Assembly: GCA_037142615.1 (NCBI GenBank)
Contig: JBAXAI010000001.1
Span: 448,001 to 512,000 of the forward strand
Length of the DNA stretch: 64,000 bases
Direction of reading: 5' to 3'
Origin: Spirochaetales bacterium
GTDB taxonomy: Bacteria; Spirochaetota; Spirochaetia; JABEVK01
A program made the position numbers and the translations under genes. Position 1 is the stretch's first letter. Each line of letters opens with the position of its first letter. The notes beneath the pieces were generated by a model. That model saw only the letters and a program-made list of their open reading frames with translations. It made no database searches and had not been told where the DNA came from. This document shows, piece by piece, positions 42,233-52,392 of the stretch.

Positions 42233-44803
42233 ATGGAAAAGAACGTTCTGGTCATCGTTGAGTCGCCCACAAAAGCCAAAACCATCAAGAAATTCCTTCC
42301 TTCGAGGTTTCAGGTGGAAGCCAGCGTGGGCCATATCCGTGACCTGCCTCAGACCGCCGCCGAGATTCCCGCCAACGTCAAGGATCAGGAATGGACGAGG
42401 CTTGGCATCAACGTCGAAGACAAGTTTGCACCGCTGTACGTCATTCCCAAGGACAAGGCGGCTCTTGTCCGGTCGCTCAAGGCGCTGGTCAAAGACGCTT
42501 CCGAAATCTACCTGGCAACGGACGAAGACCGCGAAGGCGAGAGCATTTCCTGGCACCTCCTCGATGTGCTTTCACCGAAAGTTCCTGTCAAGCGCATGGT
42601 CTTCCATGAAATCACTGAACGCGCCATTCAAGAAGCGCTGGAACACACCCGTCAGATCGACATGAACCTCGTGAACGCCCAAGAAACAAGGCGCATCCTC
42701 GACCGACTTTACGGCTACACGCTCAGTCCACTGATCTGGAAAAAGATCGCGTACGGACTGTCGGCTGGCCGGGTGCAAAGCCCGGGACTTCGGCTGATCG
42801 TCGAGCGGGAACTGGCCCGCTGCCGTTTCAAGGCTGCCGAATACTGGGATCTGAAAGTCCAGCTGAAAAAAAACACCGGCAATGCCATGTTTGAGGCGAA
42901 ACTATCGGAAGTCAAGGGTCGCAAAGTAGCCTCTGGCAAAGACTTCGATCCCGAGACGGGACTCCTGTCGGCAAAGTCCCAGGCCGTGCTCCTGTCGTCT
43001 GAAGAGGCGGCAGTTCTTGAGCGTTCGCTGAAAACCGCTCTCTGGGTCGTCTCGGAAGTTCAGGAAAAAGAGACCCGACAGAAGCCGGCTGACCCCTTTA
43101 CAACCTCGACTCTCCAGCAGGAGTCGAACCGCAAGCTGGGTTACTCGGCGCGCGACACGATGAGGGTGGCCCAGAAGCTGTATGAAGAAGGCTTCATCAC
43201 CTACATGCGAACCGACAGTCCAAGCCTGAGTCAGGAGGCCCTTGCAGAGGCCCGGGCAACCGTGGGGCAGATGTTCGGCACCGAATACCTTCCACCTACC
43301 GCCCGCCAGTTTGCTGCCAAGTCCGGTTCCGCCCAGGAGGCCCACGAAGCCATCCGTCCGTCCATCCCCTTCCGTACCCCCGAAGCGACGGGTCTTTCGG
43401 GCCGGGAGCGAGCTTTGTACGAACTCATTTGGAAGCGGACCCTCGCCAGCCAGATGGCGGAGGCCCGTAAGTCCATCGTCAACGTGAAGATTGAGGCCGG
43501 CGATGCCATTTTTGGAGCCAGTGGCGTGCGCATTGTGTTTCCCGGGTTTCTGCGCGTCTACGTCGAAGGCTCCGACGATCCGGAAGCCGCACTCGACAAC
43601 ATGGAAGTGCTTCTCCCGCCGCTCGCCAAGGGCGAGGGTCTGACAAAGACGAAGCTGGAAGCCGAGAAACACCTCACCAAGGCCCCTGCCCGATTCACCG
43701 AAGCCGCGTTGGTGCAGCGTTTGGAAAAAGAAGGGATCGGACGTCCGTCGACCTACGCTACCATCATCGCAACGCTGCAGGACCGCGGCTACGTGTTCCG
43801 CAAGGAGCAGGCGCTGGTGCCGACCTTCACCGGGATGGCTGTGACGGCGATTCTCGAGACCAACTTCCCGCAGTTGGTGGACTACGAGTTCACCTCACGC
43901 ATGGAGGAGCGCCTCGACGAGATCGCTCTGGGTCAGCAAGATCGGCTGGAATACCTCACTGAGTTCTATTCCGGACCCCAAGGGCTTTCTGATGTCGTGA
44001 AGAACACGGAAAAAGCGATTGACGCGAACCTGAGCCGGTCGCTCCGCCTTCCTCAGCTGCCACTCAGTCACGTCATCAAGATTGGGCGCTTCGGGCCCTA
44101 TCTGATTCAAGTGAGGCCTGACGGAAGCGAAGCCAAAACCTCGCTTCCTGAGGACACAGCCCCGGCCGACCTGAAGGAAAGCGACGTCGAGGCCTTGCTC
44201 GAGCGTCAGGAGAGCGGTCCGATGGCTTTGGGAACAGATCCCGAAAGCGGCAAACCCATCTACGCCCTCACCGGGCGCTACGGTCCCCATTTGCAGGTTG
44301 GTGACAAGCCGACCGAAAAGGGCGACAAATCCGGAAAGCCTCGGACGGTTAGCCTGCCCAAGGGGATGGAAGTGGAACAGGTGAACCTCGACTTCGCCCT
44401 GAAACTTCTGTCGCTTCCGAGAACCCTCGGCAAACACCCTGAAACCAGCGAACCGGTAACCGCGAACAACGGCCGGTTCGGTCCTTACGTGGCGCACAAC
44501 GGCGAGTTCCGCTCGCTGAAAAAGGACGACGATCTTTTCGCCGTCACCCTTGAGCGCGCGTTGGAACTCTTTGCCGAAGAGAAAAAATCCCGGGCCACAG
44601 CCAACGTCATCAAAGAGTTTCTTCCCGGTGACGGAGGCCTGAAGCGCAAGGTTTCGGTGCTCGCCGGACGTTACGGTGCCTACTTGAAGTCTGGCGTTAC
44701 CAACATCAGCTTGCCGGATGACCGCAAGACCCCCGAGGCGGCCGCCCTGTTGACTGTCGAAGAAGTGCTGATTTTGGTGCAGAAGCCCAAGCGGAAGGCC
44801 TAG
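42233..44803 (+). CDS. topA: DNA topoisomerase I
   Basis: IVESPTKAKTI, DEDREGE, SAGRVQS, ITYMRTDS, GIGRPSTY; C-terminal GR(F/Y)GPY repeats. Confidence 0.97.
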   Translation: MEKNVLVIVESPTKAKTIKKFLPSRFQVEASVGHIRDLPQTAAEIPANVKDQEWTRLGINVEDKFAPLYVIPKDKAALVRSLKALVKDASEIYLATDEDREGESISWHLLDVLSPKVPVKRMVFHEITERAIQEALEHTRQIDMNLVNAQETRRILDRLYGYTLSPLIWKKIAYGLSAGRVQSPGLRLIVERELARCRFKAAEYWDLKVQLKKNTGNAMFEAKLSEVKGRKVASGKDFDPETGLLSAKSQAVLLSSEEAAVLERSLKTALWVVSEVQEKETRQKPADPFTTSTLQQESNRKLGYSARDTMRVAQKLYEEGFITYMRTDSPSLSQEALAEARATVGQMFGTEYLPPTARQFAAKSGSAQEAHEAIRPSIPFRTPEATGLSGRERALYELIWKRTLASQMAEARKSIVNVKIEAGDAIFGASGVRIVFPGFLRVYVEGSDDPEAALDNMEVLLPPLAKGEGLTKTKLEAEKHLTKAPARFTEAALVQRLEKEGIGRPSTYATIIATLQDRGYVFRKEQALVPTFTGMAVTAILETNFPQLVDYEFTSRMEERLDEIALGQQDRLEYLTEFYSGPQGLSDVVKNTEKAIDANLSRSLRLPQLPLSHVIKIGRFGPYLIQVRPDGSEAKTSLPEDTAPADLKESDVEALLERQESGPMALGTDPESGKPIYALTGRYGPHLQVGDKPTEKGDKSGKPRTVSLPKGMEVEQVNLDFALKLLSLPRTLGKHPETSEPVTANNGRFGPYVAHNGEFRSLKKDDDLFAVTLERALELFAEEKKSRATANVIKEFLPGDGGLKRKVSVLAGRYGAYLKSGVTNISLPDDRKTPEAAALLTVEEVLILVQKPKRKA

Positions 44804-44821
44804 CTTCCCTGTTAGGGAGGT

Positions 44822-46201
44822 ATGAACCCCGACTGGCTTCCCGCTCTCAAGGCTCTCAAGGTTTCCTACCTCTTTCCGTATCAGGAACTTGCCATCGCCC
44901 AAATCCTCGGTCCTCCGGGGCTTCGGCAAGGTGTGATCCTGCCAACCGGGGCTGGTAAAAGCCTCTGCTTTCAAGTTCCCGCCCTGCTGTTCGACAAGCC
45001 CACGCTGGTGGTGTACCCGCTGCGGTCGCTCATGGCCGACCAGAAACGCCGCTGCGAGCAGGCGGGAATCGCTTGCGCCGTGTTGCAGGGGGGGCAGACG
45101 CGGGAACAAAGACGCAAAGTCCAGCAGCGGTTGCAGGCAGGCCAGGTAAAGCTTCTGCTCACGAACCCCGAAACATTGATCCAGCCGGCCGTGAAAAAAA
45201 TGCTCAGCACGGTGACCTTCGCGCACGCGGTCATTGATGAGGCGCATTGTATCACTTTGTGGGGAAAAGACTTCCGGCCGACCTACCGCGAACTGCCGGG
45301 AGTGTTGGAGTCCCTCCAGCCCGAGCGGATCAGCGCGTTCACCGCGACCGCCTCGCCGAGGGTTACCGAAGACTGGACCCAGCACTTGTTTCAAGGCCAA
45401 CCTTGGTCACTCATCCGAGCCGCCGCCGACCGAACCAACCTGGACTTCGCTCGGGAGCCCTATCTGTCGCTGCGTTTTACCTTGCCGCGCCTCCTGACCC
45501 GTGAGGCCCGGCCCGCTTTGGTGTTTTGCCGCAACCGCGAGGGTGTGCGCCGCTGGGCCCACCACATTCTGCGCGAAACCGGCCTGGACGTGCGTCACTA
45601 CCATGCCGGCATGACCAAGGAAGAAAAAACTTCCGTCGAGGACTGGTTTTTCCAAAGTGCCGATGGGGTACTCTGCGCAACCAATGCCTATGGGATGGGT
45701 ATCGACAAGTCGGGCATCCGAACAGTGATCCACCTGGATGTGTCGAATAACGCCGAAGACTACTTGCAGGAAGCTGGTCGTGCCGGACGCGACGGAAGGC
45801 CCTCGCGTGCGCTCATGCTCACCAGGGCGAAGGTAGGAGGGACACCCGAACCGACCTGCTGGCGAAAGAAGTTGCTCGCCGTCTTCGAGGAGGAACCCGT
45901 GATCTGCAGCGGGTGTGATGCCTGCCGTGGCCAGACCATGTGGCTTCCGGCGGAGTTGACCAGGACCTGTGGGCTGCTGTACCGCTATCGGGGCAAACTC
46001 GACCGTAAGGAGTGTCAGGCCCTCCTTCGGGGTCGGGCCGAACCGGGCCTCGAGGCCCTGCGACTTTGGCCCGGTTGGGGCATGTGGTCGGGCTTGGATG
46101 ACCTGACGTTCCGGGAACTGTGGGCGGGACTCGAGGACGGAGGCTGGCTGGTCTTTGGAAAACGTGAGGGTGCCCTTCTGCGGAAGGTTTCCTTGAATTG
46201 A
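44822..46201 (+). CDS. recQ: RecQ-family DNA helicase (short, no HRDC)
   Basis: PTGAGKSLCFQ, DEAHC, FRPTY, YHAGM, GMGIDK, QEAGRAGRDG. Confidence 0.9.
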   Translation: MNPDWLPALKALKVSYLFPYQELAIAQILGPPGLRQGVILPTGAGKSLCFQVPALLFDKPTLVVYPLRSLMADQKRRCEQAGIACAVLQGGQTREQRRKVQQRLQAGQVKLLLTNPETLIQPAVKKMLSTVTFAHAVIDEAHCITLWGKDFRPTYRELPGVLESLQPERISAFTATASPRVTEDWTQHLFQGQPWSLIRAAADRTNLDFAREPYLSLRFTLPRLLTREARPALVFCRNREGVRRWAHHILRETGLDVRHYHAGMTKEEKTSVEDWFFQSADGVLCATNAYGMGIDKSGIRTVIHLDVSNNAEDYLQEAGRAGRDGRPSRALMLTRAKVGGTPEPTCWRKKLLAVFEEEPVICSGCDACRGQTMWLPAELTRTCGLLYRYRGKLDRKECQALLRGRAEPGLEALRLWPGWGMWSGLDDLTFRELWAGLEDGGWLVFGKREGALLRKVSLN

Positions 46202-46226
46202 CATGGGGGGCAAGGGTTACTAGACT
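46198..46226 (+). promoter_or_regulatory. sigma70 promoter; probable leaderless transcript
   Basis: TTGACA-N17-TAGACT, then 6 nt to ATG 46233. Confidence 0.7.
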
Positions 46227-46232
46227 GTCAGG

Positions 46233-46586
46233 ATGGCTACGATTCTGATTGCCGATGATTCCTGGGTTGCCCGGTTGGGGATGAACAAGCTCCTTGTCTC
46301 GTTGGGGCACACTGTTCTCGAAGCCACTGACGGCAAGCGGGCTCTCGAGGTAGCAGAGCAGCATCCTGTGGAAATCCTGTTTCTCGACCTTTTGATGCCC
46401 GAACTTGACGGTTTCGGGGTTCTTGAGGCGCTGCGTGGCAAGCTGGTCCGCCCGAAAGTGTATGTCCTTTCAGCCGACATTCAGGAAACTACGCGCCAAC
46501 GGTGCGTTGACTTGGGGGTCGATGGCTTTTTGAACAAACCACCTCTGCGAAGCCAGATCGAGGAAGTGCTCAAGGCCTTGGCATGA
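46233..46586 (+). CDS. Single-domain response regulator (CheY-like)
   Basis: ILIADDS, LDLLMPELDG, LSAD, FLNKP. Confidence 0.92.
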   Translation: MATILIADDSWVARLGMNKLLVSLGHTVLEATDGKRALEVAEQHPVEILFLDLLMPELDGFGVLEALRGKLVRPKVYVLSADIQETTRQRCVDLGVDGFLNKPPLRSQIEEVLKALA

Positions 46587-47182
46587 TTTCCGAGCAGTCC
46601 CTCGAGATTTTGAAAGAACTTCTCAATATTTCGGTCGGAAAAGGCGCACAGGTTCTCAACACGATGTTGCGACACCATGTGAGGCTCAGCGTCCCCCAGG
46701 TGATCGAAACCAGTCCGTCTCATCTGCACGAGGCGCTGGGTCTTCCCTTGAACCAGGAGATTTCTTGCGTCCAAATGGCCTACAAAGGCAGCCTTCAGGG
46801 CGAGGTCCAGCTCCTTTTTCCGATGAAGGAAGCTGGCCTGATGGTCAACCTGATCACCGAAGAGGAGTTTCCTCCCGAGGAACTTGACTTCATCCGCCAG
46901 GCAACGGTGACGGAAGTCGGGAATGTGGTGATCAACGCCGTCATGGGCACGCTGAGCAACCTCTTCGGGTTTCATCTTCAGTATGGGCTTCCCGCCTACC
47001 GGGGCGGCACCGTGTCGAGTCTTTCCCAGCACGCCGGTCTCAAAAACCTCGACAGGATTCTGATTGCCAGGACAACCTTCCGCATTGAGGAAATCGACTT
47101 GAACGGTGCGCTTATTTTGTTCTTCTCGTTGCCCACTTTCAAAACGCTGGAGTCGGCGGTTCAAAACTATGCCGAGCGCTGA
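46583..47182 (+). CDS. CheC-family phosphatase
   Basis: Two ExxN motifs (KELLNI, TEVGNV); LSVPQV. Confidence 0.85.
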   Translation: MISEQSLEILKELLNISVGKGAQVLNTMLRHHVRLSVPQVIETSPSHLHEALGLPLNQEISCVQMAYKGSLQGEVQLLFPMKEAGLMVNLITEEEFPPEELDFIRQATVTEVGNVVINAVMGTLSNLFGFHLQYGLPAYRGGTVSSLSQHAGLKNLDRILIARTTFRIEEIDLNGALILFFSLPTFKTLESAVQNYAER

Positions 47183-48170
47183 CAACGCCCGTTTCCGCGA
47201 TCTGGATTTCGTGCCGCTTGGTTTGGCTGTTATCGATAAGAGCTTCCGGGTGCTCTTCTGGAACAGTTGCATGGCAGAGTGGACGGGGGTACCGCGCGCG
47301 ATGGCCGAAGGCGGGCAGTTGGACCGTTTGGCTCCCGAGTGGGCAACGCCCCAGTATCGCGAGCGTGTGAGGGAAGTCTTTCTCGGCGGGCCCCCAGTGG
47401 TCTTTTCGCCACTGCTGCATCCTGAAATCATCCCCGTGCGCCCGGGCGAGAGCCCGGTCTACAATGTCAAAGTTACAGCGCTTCCCGAGGAAGACGGTTG
47501 GCTGGGGCTACTTTCGGTGGAAGATATCACGGTACTCAGCCAGCGTATCGTCAAGCTCCGGGAGCTGCAGAAGCGGTCCGAGCTCCTGATGCGGGAAATC
47601 CATCACCGCGTCAAGAACAACCTCAATATGGTCAGCAGTTTGATCACCCTTCAGTCCGATATCAGTCCCGATGAAACGGTCCGGACTCTCGAAGATCTTC
47701 AGAGCCGAATCATCGCCATCAGTCAGGTCCACGACGTGCTTTACCGAACTGACGACCTTTCTTTGGGGAAGGCCGCGGACTACCTCGGGCCCTTGGCCCA
47801 GTTGATCAATCAGAATCTCTCGGCCGGTCATCACGATCTTGTGCTGGATCTAGACGACACGGTGATGTTCGACATCGAGACCACCATCCAGTTGGGCCTG
47901 ATTCAGGCCGAACTGATGACCAACGCCCTGAAGTATGGCTTTAGGAATCCGGTTGCGGGGCAGCTTACGGTGAGCCTGCGGCGCTTGCCTACGGGAGAAA
48001 CCGAGTACGGCCTGTCGCAGACGGGAGACACGCTGCCCAAGGATTTTGATCCGCAGCAGTCGACCGGCCTCGGGATGCAATTGATCCTGACTTTTGCCGC
48101 GCAACTTGGGTGCGACTTCCAGTGGAAGCGGGGCGATCCGACCACCTTCACCTTGAGGTTTCGCCGCTGA
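47169..48170 (+). CDS. PAS + HisKA_2 histidine kinase
   Basis: PAS (VLFWN..MAEWTG), EIHHRVKNNL, ELMTNALKY, GLGMQLI. Confidence 0.9.
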   Translation: MPSADNARFRDLDFVPLGLAVIDKSFRVLFWNSCMAEWTGVPRAMAEGGQLDRLAPEWATPQYRERVREVFLGGPPVVFSPLLHPEIIPVRPGESPVYNVKVTALPEEDGWLGLLSVEDITVLSQRIVKLRELQKRSELLMREIHHRVKNNLNMVSSLITLQSDISPDETVRTLEDLQSRIIAISQVHDVLYRTDDLSLGKAADYLGPLAQLINQNLSAGHHDLVLDLDDTVMFDIETTIQLGLIQAELMTNALKYGFRNPVAGQLTVSLRRLPTGETEYGLSQTGDTLPKDFDPQQSTGLGMQLILTFAAQLGCDFQWKRGDPTTFTLRFRR

Positions 48171-48733
48171 TGGCGGCCCCCGCCCTACCCGAGGCGGTGC
48201 TTTTTCTGGGCAACCCAGGAAGAGACTATGCGAAAACCAGACACAACGCAGGCTTCATGGTTTCTGAGTGCTGGGAACCCGTCACCGGAAACGCCTGGCA
48301 ATCCAAGTTCAAAGGCTTATGGATGACAACGCGCTGGCAGGACCGCAAGGTGATTCTGCTCAAGCCGCAGGTGTTTATGAATCTCAGCGGCGAAAGCGCT
48401 CGGGCAGCGAGCGATTTTCTCAAGGTTCCACCCGAACATTGGCTGGTTGTGCACGATGACCTGGAGGTCCCCTTCGGCGAGATCCGGCTCCAGATTGGCG
48501 GCGGTTTGGGCGGTCACAACGGACTCAAGTCGCTCAAACAGCACTGGGGAACCGACAAGTTCGCACGTCTGCGCTTCGGGTTGGGCAGACCAGTTCACCT
48601 GGAGGTGGCCGATTTCGTGCTATCGAGATTCTCACCAGCCGAGGAAATCCAGCTAGGTTTGCTGTTGCCGATGGCCTGTCGCCTGTTGGAAGGCGCCCTG
48701 AGCCGTGGAATTCCCGAGGCAAAGAGGCCCTAA
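48170..48733 (+). CDS. pth: Peptidyl-tRNA hydrolase
   Basis: LGNPG..YAKTRHNAGF, KPQVFMNLSG, VHDDL, GGHNGLKS. Confidence 0.95.
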   Translation: MAAPALPEAVLFLGNPGRDYAKTRHNAGFMVSECWEPVTGNAWQSKFKGLWMTTRWQDRKVILLKPQVFMNLSGESARAASDFLKVPPEHWLVVHDDLEVPFGEIRLQIGGGLGGHNGLKSLKQHWGTDKFARLRFGLGRPVHLEVADFVLSRFSPAEEIQLGLLLPMACRLLEGALSRGIPEAKRP

Positions 48734-48769
48734 CTCAAGCAAAACAGGCCTGGGCTGTGTCTGACAGGT

Positions 48770-49441
48770 ATGAAACTCTCACTGTACGAACGGCCGAACG
48801 ATCGGCTTCAGCCCCGGGAAAAGTTCCAGGTCATAGGCCCCTCGGGACTCTCGGATCAGGAACTCCTCCAGCTGATCCTGGGAACGGGAACCAAGGCCTC
48901 TCCCGTCGCCCAGTTGGCCAATCGGGTCCTGCAACTCCTGGACCGGTGGGGGCCCTCGCTCGATCTGAGCCTCCTCGACACCCTGGAGGGTATCGGCCCG
49001 GCGCGCAAGGCTCAGCTGGCGGCCGTCTTGGAACTCGTGCGACGACTGGGGCGACCGCCGGCCCTCCGCATCGTGACTCCCTCGGACCTTTACCCTCGAT
49101 TGCTGCATTTTGCCGACCGTCCGCAGGAGGTTTTTCTGGCGGCCACGCTCAACGGCGCTCACGAACTGCTCGCGCTGCACACAGTGACGATTGGTCTCTT
49201 GAACCGCACGCTGGTTCATCCACGGGAGGTTTTTGCCCCCGCGCTCAACGATAGGGCCGCGAGCGTTGTGCTGGCCCACTCGCACCCGAGTGGTAACCAT
49301 GAGCCCAGTCTGGAAGACCGGGAAGCCACCAGCCGCCTGTGCCGTGCGGGAAAACTTCTGGGGATTGAGGTTCTCGACCACCTGATTTTCTCAGCCGCCG
49401 GCTACCTCAGTTTCCGCGAGAAAGGTTTGCTTTTTCTTTGA
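48770..49441 (+). CDS. radC: RadC/UPF0758 JAB-domain protein
   Basis: PREK, LSDQELL, GIGPAR, VHPREVF, AHSHPSG..EPSLED, VLDHLI. Confidence 0.93.
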   Translation: MKLSLYERPNDRLQPREKFQVIGPSGLSDQELLQLILGTGTKASPVAQLANRVLQLLDRWGPSLDLSLLDTLEGIGPARKAQLAAVLELVRRLGRPPALRIVTPSDLYPRLLHFADRPQEVFLAATLNGAHELLALHTVTIGLLNRTLVHPREVFAPALNDRAASVVLAHSHPSGNHEPSLEDREATSRLCRAGKLLGIEVLDHLIFSAAGYLSFREKGLLFL

Positions 49442-49517
49442 GGGAGATCGCCACGGGTGCCTCGGACGGGCCGCGTCTGGCAATGATCCGGAATTTCCTG
49501 TACGATGGCGCAACGAT

Positions 49518-51287
49518 ATGAATACCCCCCCCACCTTCGCCGACCTCGGTCTGTCGGCAACCGTTCTCGAAGCTCTTTCGAAAAAGGGCTTCGAAGAGCC
49601 CACGCCCATCCAGGCTTTGGTCATCCCGGAACTCCTTCGCGCCGATGTCGACCTCATTGGTCAGGCCCAGACAGGCACTGGAAAAACTGCAGCGTTTGCC
49701 CTACCTCTCATTGAAAAGCTGACGCCCGGCGTGGGCCACATCCAGGCGCTCGTTCTCGCGCCAACCCGCGAGCTCGCCGTTCAGATCTGCGAAGAAATCT
49801 CGTCACTGCGTGGCACCAAACCGTTTTCTGTGGCCCCCGTCTACGGTGGCCAGTCCTACACCGAGCAGTTCCGCCGCTTCAAGATGGGGGTCGACATCCT
49901 CGTCGGTACTCCCGGACGTATTCTCGACCACCTCGAACGCGGGAGCCTGAAGCTCGACAAACTCCAGTACCTGATCCTCGACGAAGCCGATGAAATGCTC
50001 GACATGGGGTTTTCGGAAGACATTGACACCCTGCTCGAGCAGGTCAACCCCGACCGCTGCATGCTCCTTTTTTCGGCCACCATGCCAGACCGTATCCGGT
50101 TGATTGCCAACAAGCACATGAAGAATCCTAAAACCCTGTCGGTCAAGGGCCAGGCGATGACGGCCGAACTGACGGAGCAGATCTACTTCGAAGTGAACGA
50201 AGGGGATAAGTTCGAGTCGTTGTGCCGAATCCTCGACCTCGAAGAGGACTTCTACGGCATTGTCTTCTGCCGTACGAAGTTACAAACCGATGAGATCAGC
50301 CACCGACTGGCCGACCGGGGCTACGGAGCTGAGGCAATTCACGGCGACCTGACTCAGGGACAGCGTGAGCTGGTGCTCAAGAAGTTCAAGGGCAAGCGCC
50401 TGAACATCCTGTGTGCCACCGATGTGGCAGCCCGCGGAATCGATGTCGAAAACCTCACGCACGTGATCAACTATAGTTTGCCGCAAGACCCCGAAGCCTA
50501 CGTGCACCGCATCGGGCGCACCGGCCGCGCAGGTAAGGAAGGGACAGCGGTCACTTTCATCACCGCCGAGGAATACCGCAAGATGGCCTTCATTGAACGG
50601 GTGTCCAAGACCCGCATCCGCAAGGAGCGAGTACCTGGCGTCGGCGAGATCATCACCTTGAAGAAGGCGCGGTTGGCCGCCAAAGTGCAGGAATCGCTGG
50701 AAAAACCTGTCCTCCCTGCGATCGGCGAACTCGCCAAAGAACTGTTACAGGACCGAGACGCCGCTGAGGTGCTGGCCGCCGTACTCCAGCAGTACGCCTC
50801 GGGCGAGTTCGATGAAAAAACCTACGCTCCCATCCGCGACCTGTTCGACCGGCCTAAGCGCGAGCGGGCGAGCTACAGTTCCACGGCCGGTTTTCCTGGA
50901 ACCGGTGCACCTGCCTTTCATGGCGGTGACCGCCCTTGGGACAACGGACCGGGACCAGCGGGCAAGGCGCGCCTGTTCATCGCGATGGGGCGAACTGACG
51001 GCATCTCGCCCCGCAAAATCGTTGACCTGCTCGAGAGTCAGGGTGGCATTCCCAGCCGGTTCATCGATGACGCGGTCGTTATGGAGGAGTTCTCGTTCGT
51101 GACGGTTCCCTTCCGCGATGCCGAACGCCTGATCCAGACCTTCCGCTCGCAAGGCCATCAGGGAAAACCCCTAATCAAGCTGGCCCGCCCAGAGGATGGA
51201 GAGGCAGGTGGGCCGCCCAGGCGCCCGTTCGCGGGGCCTCCTGGCAAGTTTGGACCGCCCAAGTACGGCAAACCCCGCAAATACTAG
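49518..51287 (+). CDS. DEAD-box RNA helicase with DbpA-type RNA-binding domain
   Basis: AQTGTGKT, PTRELA, DEAD, SAT, HRIGRTGRAG; C-terminal RLFIAMGRTDG. Confidence 0.95.
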   Translation: MNTPPTFADLGLSATVLEALSKKGFEEPTPIQALVIPELLRADVDLIGQAQTGTGKTAAFALPLIEKLTPGVGHIQALVLAPTRELAVQICEEISSLRGTKPFSVAPVYGGQSYTEQFRRFKMGVDILVGTPGRILDHLERGSLKLDKLQYLILDEADEMLDMGFSEDIDTLLEQVNPDRCMLLFSATMPDRIRLIANKHMKNPKTLSVKGQAMTAELTEQIYFEVNEGDKFESLCRILDLEEDFYGIVFCRTKLQTDEISHRLADRGYGAEAIHGDLTQGQRELVLKKFKGKRLNILCATDVAARGIDVENLTHVINYSLPQDPEAYVHRIGRTGRAGKEGTAVTFITAEEYRKMAFIERVSKTRIRKERVPGVGEIITLKKARLAAKVQESLEKPVLPAIGELAKELLQDRDAAEVLAAVLQQYASGEFDEKTYAPIRDLFDRPKRERASYSSTAGFPGTGAPAFHGGDRPWDNGPGPAGKARLFIAMGRTDGISPRKIVDLLESQGGIPSRFIDDAVVMEEFSFVTVPFRDAERLIQTFRSQGHQGKPLIKLARPEDGEAGGPPRRPFAGPPGKFGPPKYGKPRKY

Positions 51288-51321
51288 GAGTTTTCGCCGC
51301 AATTCCGGTAAACTATGAGCC

Positions 51322-52392
51322 ATGAGTGACGATGTGGTGTCTGCCAGCGATACGGAGCTCCTCGGTGCCTTGTTATTGGCGCAGGGTTTGGTTCTGCTGG
51401 GTGTCGCAGGAGTTGAAGCCGATACTTCTGCGCACGCGGCCACCTATTCCGAGCGGCTTTCTGGTGGTAGCTTCGGGACCATGGCGTACCTGGAACGCCA
51501 CCGGGCGCTCAAGTACGCCCCCTCCTTGGTGGTTCCGGGAACTCGTAGTTTGGTGATCGCAGGCTTGAGTTACTTCCAGCCGAAGCCTGATCGGCCCCAC
51601 AGTGCAAACGCCACGGGCCAGGTGGCCCGGTACGCTTGGGGACGCGACTACCATAAGGTCTTGTTGAACAAGCTTCAGGCGGTCGCCGCCGATCTGCAGG
51701 CCCGGTTTCCGGGTGAAACCTTCCGGTCTTTCACCGACACGTCCCCTATCGACGAGAGGTTCTGGGCCCAGGTAGCCGGGGGGGCGTTCACGGCCCGAAA
51801 CACGCTGTCGATCCACCAGGAGCTCGGAAGCTGGTTTGTCCTCGGGGAAATCTTTTCTTCGCAACAATTTGTTCCGTCTGGGAGGCGACCACACGTCCAC
51901 GGTTCCTGCCCTTCGGCCTGCCGCCGCTGCGTGGAGGTCTGTCCGACCGGCGCGCTCGATGGCAAGGGAGGAATCGACGCCCGCAAGTGCCTGGCGTATC
52001 TGACCATCGAGCACCGCGGACCCATTGCGCTCGAGTTCCGTGAGGCGCTCGGCGACCGTCTTTTCGGCTGCGATCTGTGTCAGGAGGTTTGTCCGTTCAA
52101 CCTCAAAGCGAGTCCCACAATAGAAGCTCAATTCTTGGCCTGGAAAGCTGGCAGTGAGCTTGACCTGCGTGAGATTCTGGAACTGAAGGACGAGAAGCAG
52201 TTCACCCTGCGTTTCGGCGGTTCACCGGTTCACCGCGCGGGCTTTCAGGGCCTGCGACGTAACGCCTGTCTGGTGGCTGGAAACCTCGGCGCCAAGTCGC
52301 TCGAACCGGTACTGGCCCGTTTGGCCGCAGAGGACGATCCCGTTGTCGCGGAAGCCGCCGAGTGGGCTCTGGCACGATGGAGGCTCTCGTGA
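51322..52392 (+). CDS. queG: tRNA epoxyqueuosine reductase
   Basis: VARYAWGRDYH, GSWFVLG, CPSACRRCVEVCPTGAL, FGCDLCQEVCP. Confidence 0.93.
   Translation: MSDDVVSASDTELLGALLLAQGLVLLGVAGVEADTSAHAATYSERLSGGSFGTMAYLERHRALKYAPSLVVPGTRSLVIAGLSYFQPKPDRPHSANATGQVARYAWGRDYHKVLLNKLQAVAADLQARFPGETFRSFTDTSPIDERFWAQVAGGAFTARNTLSIHQELGSWFVLGEIFSSQQFVPSGRRPHVHGSCPSACRRCVEVCPTGALDGKGGIDARKCLAYLTIEHRGPIALEFREALGDRLFGCDLCQEVCPFNLKASPTIEAQFLAWKAGSELDLREILELKDEKQFTLRFGGSPVHRAGFQGLRRNACLVAGNLGAKSLEPVLARLAAEDDPVVAEAAEWALARWRLS

Noticed and set aside
48770-49441. radC as a mobile-element or anti-restriction marker
   Set aside because: Full-length chromosomal type among housekeeping genes, with no mobility signals.
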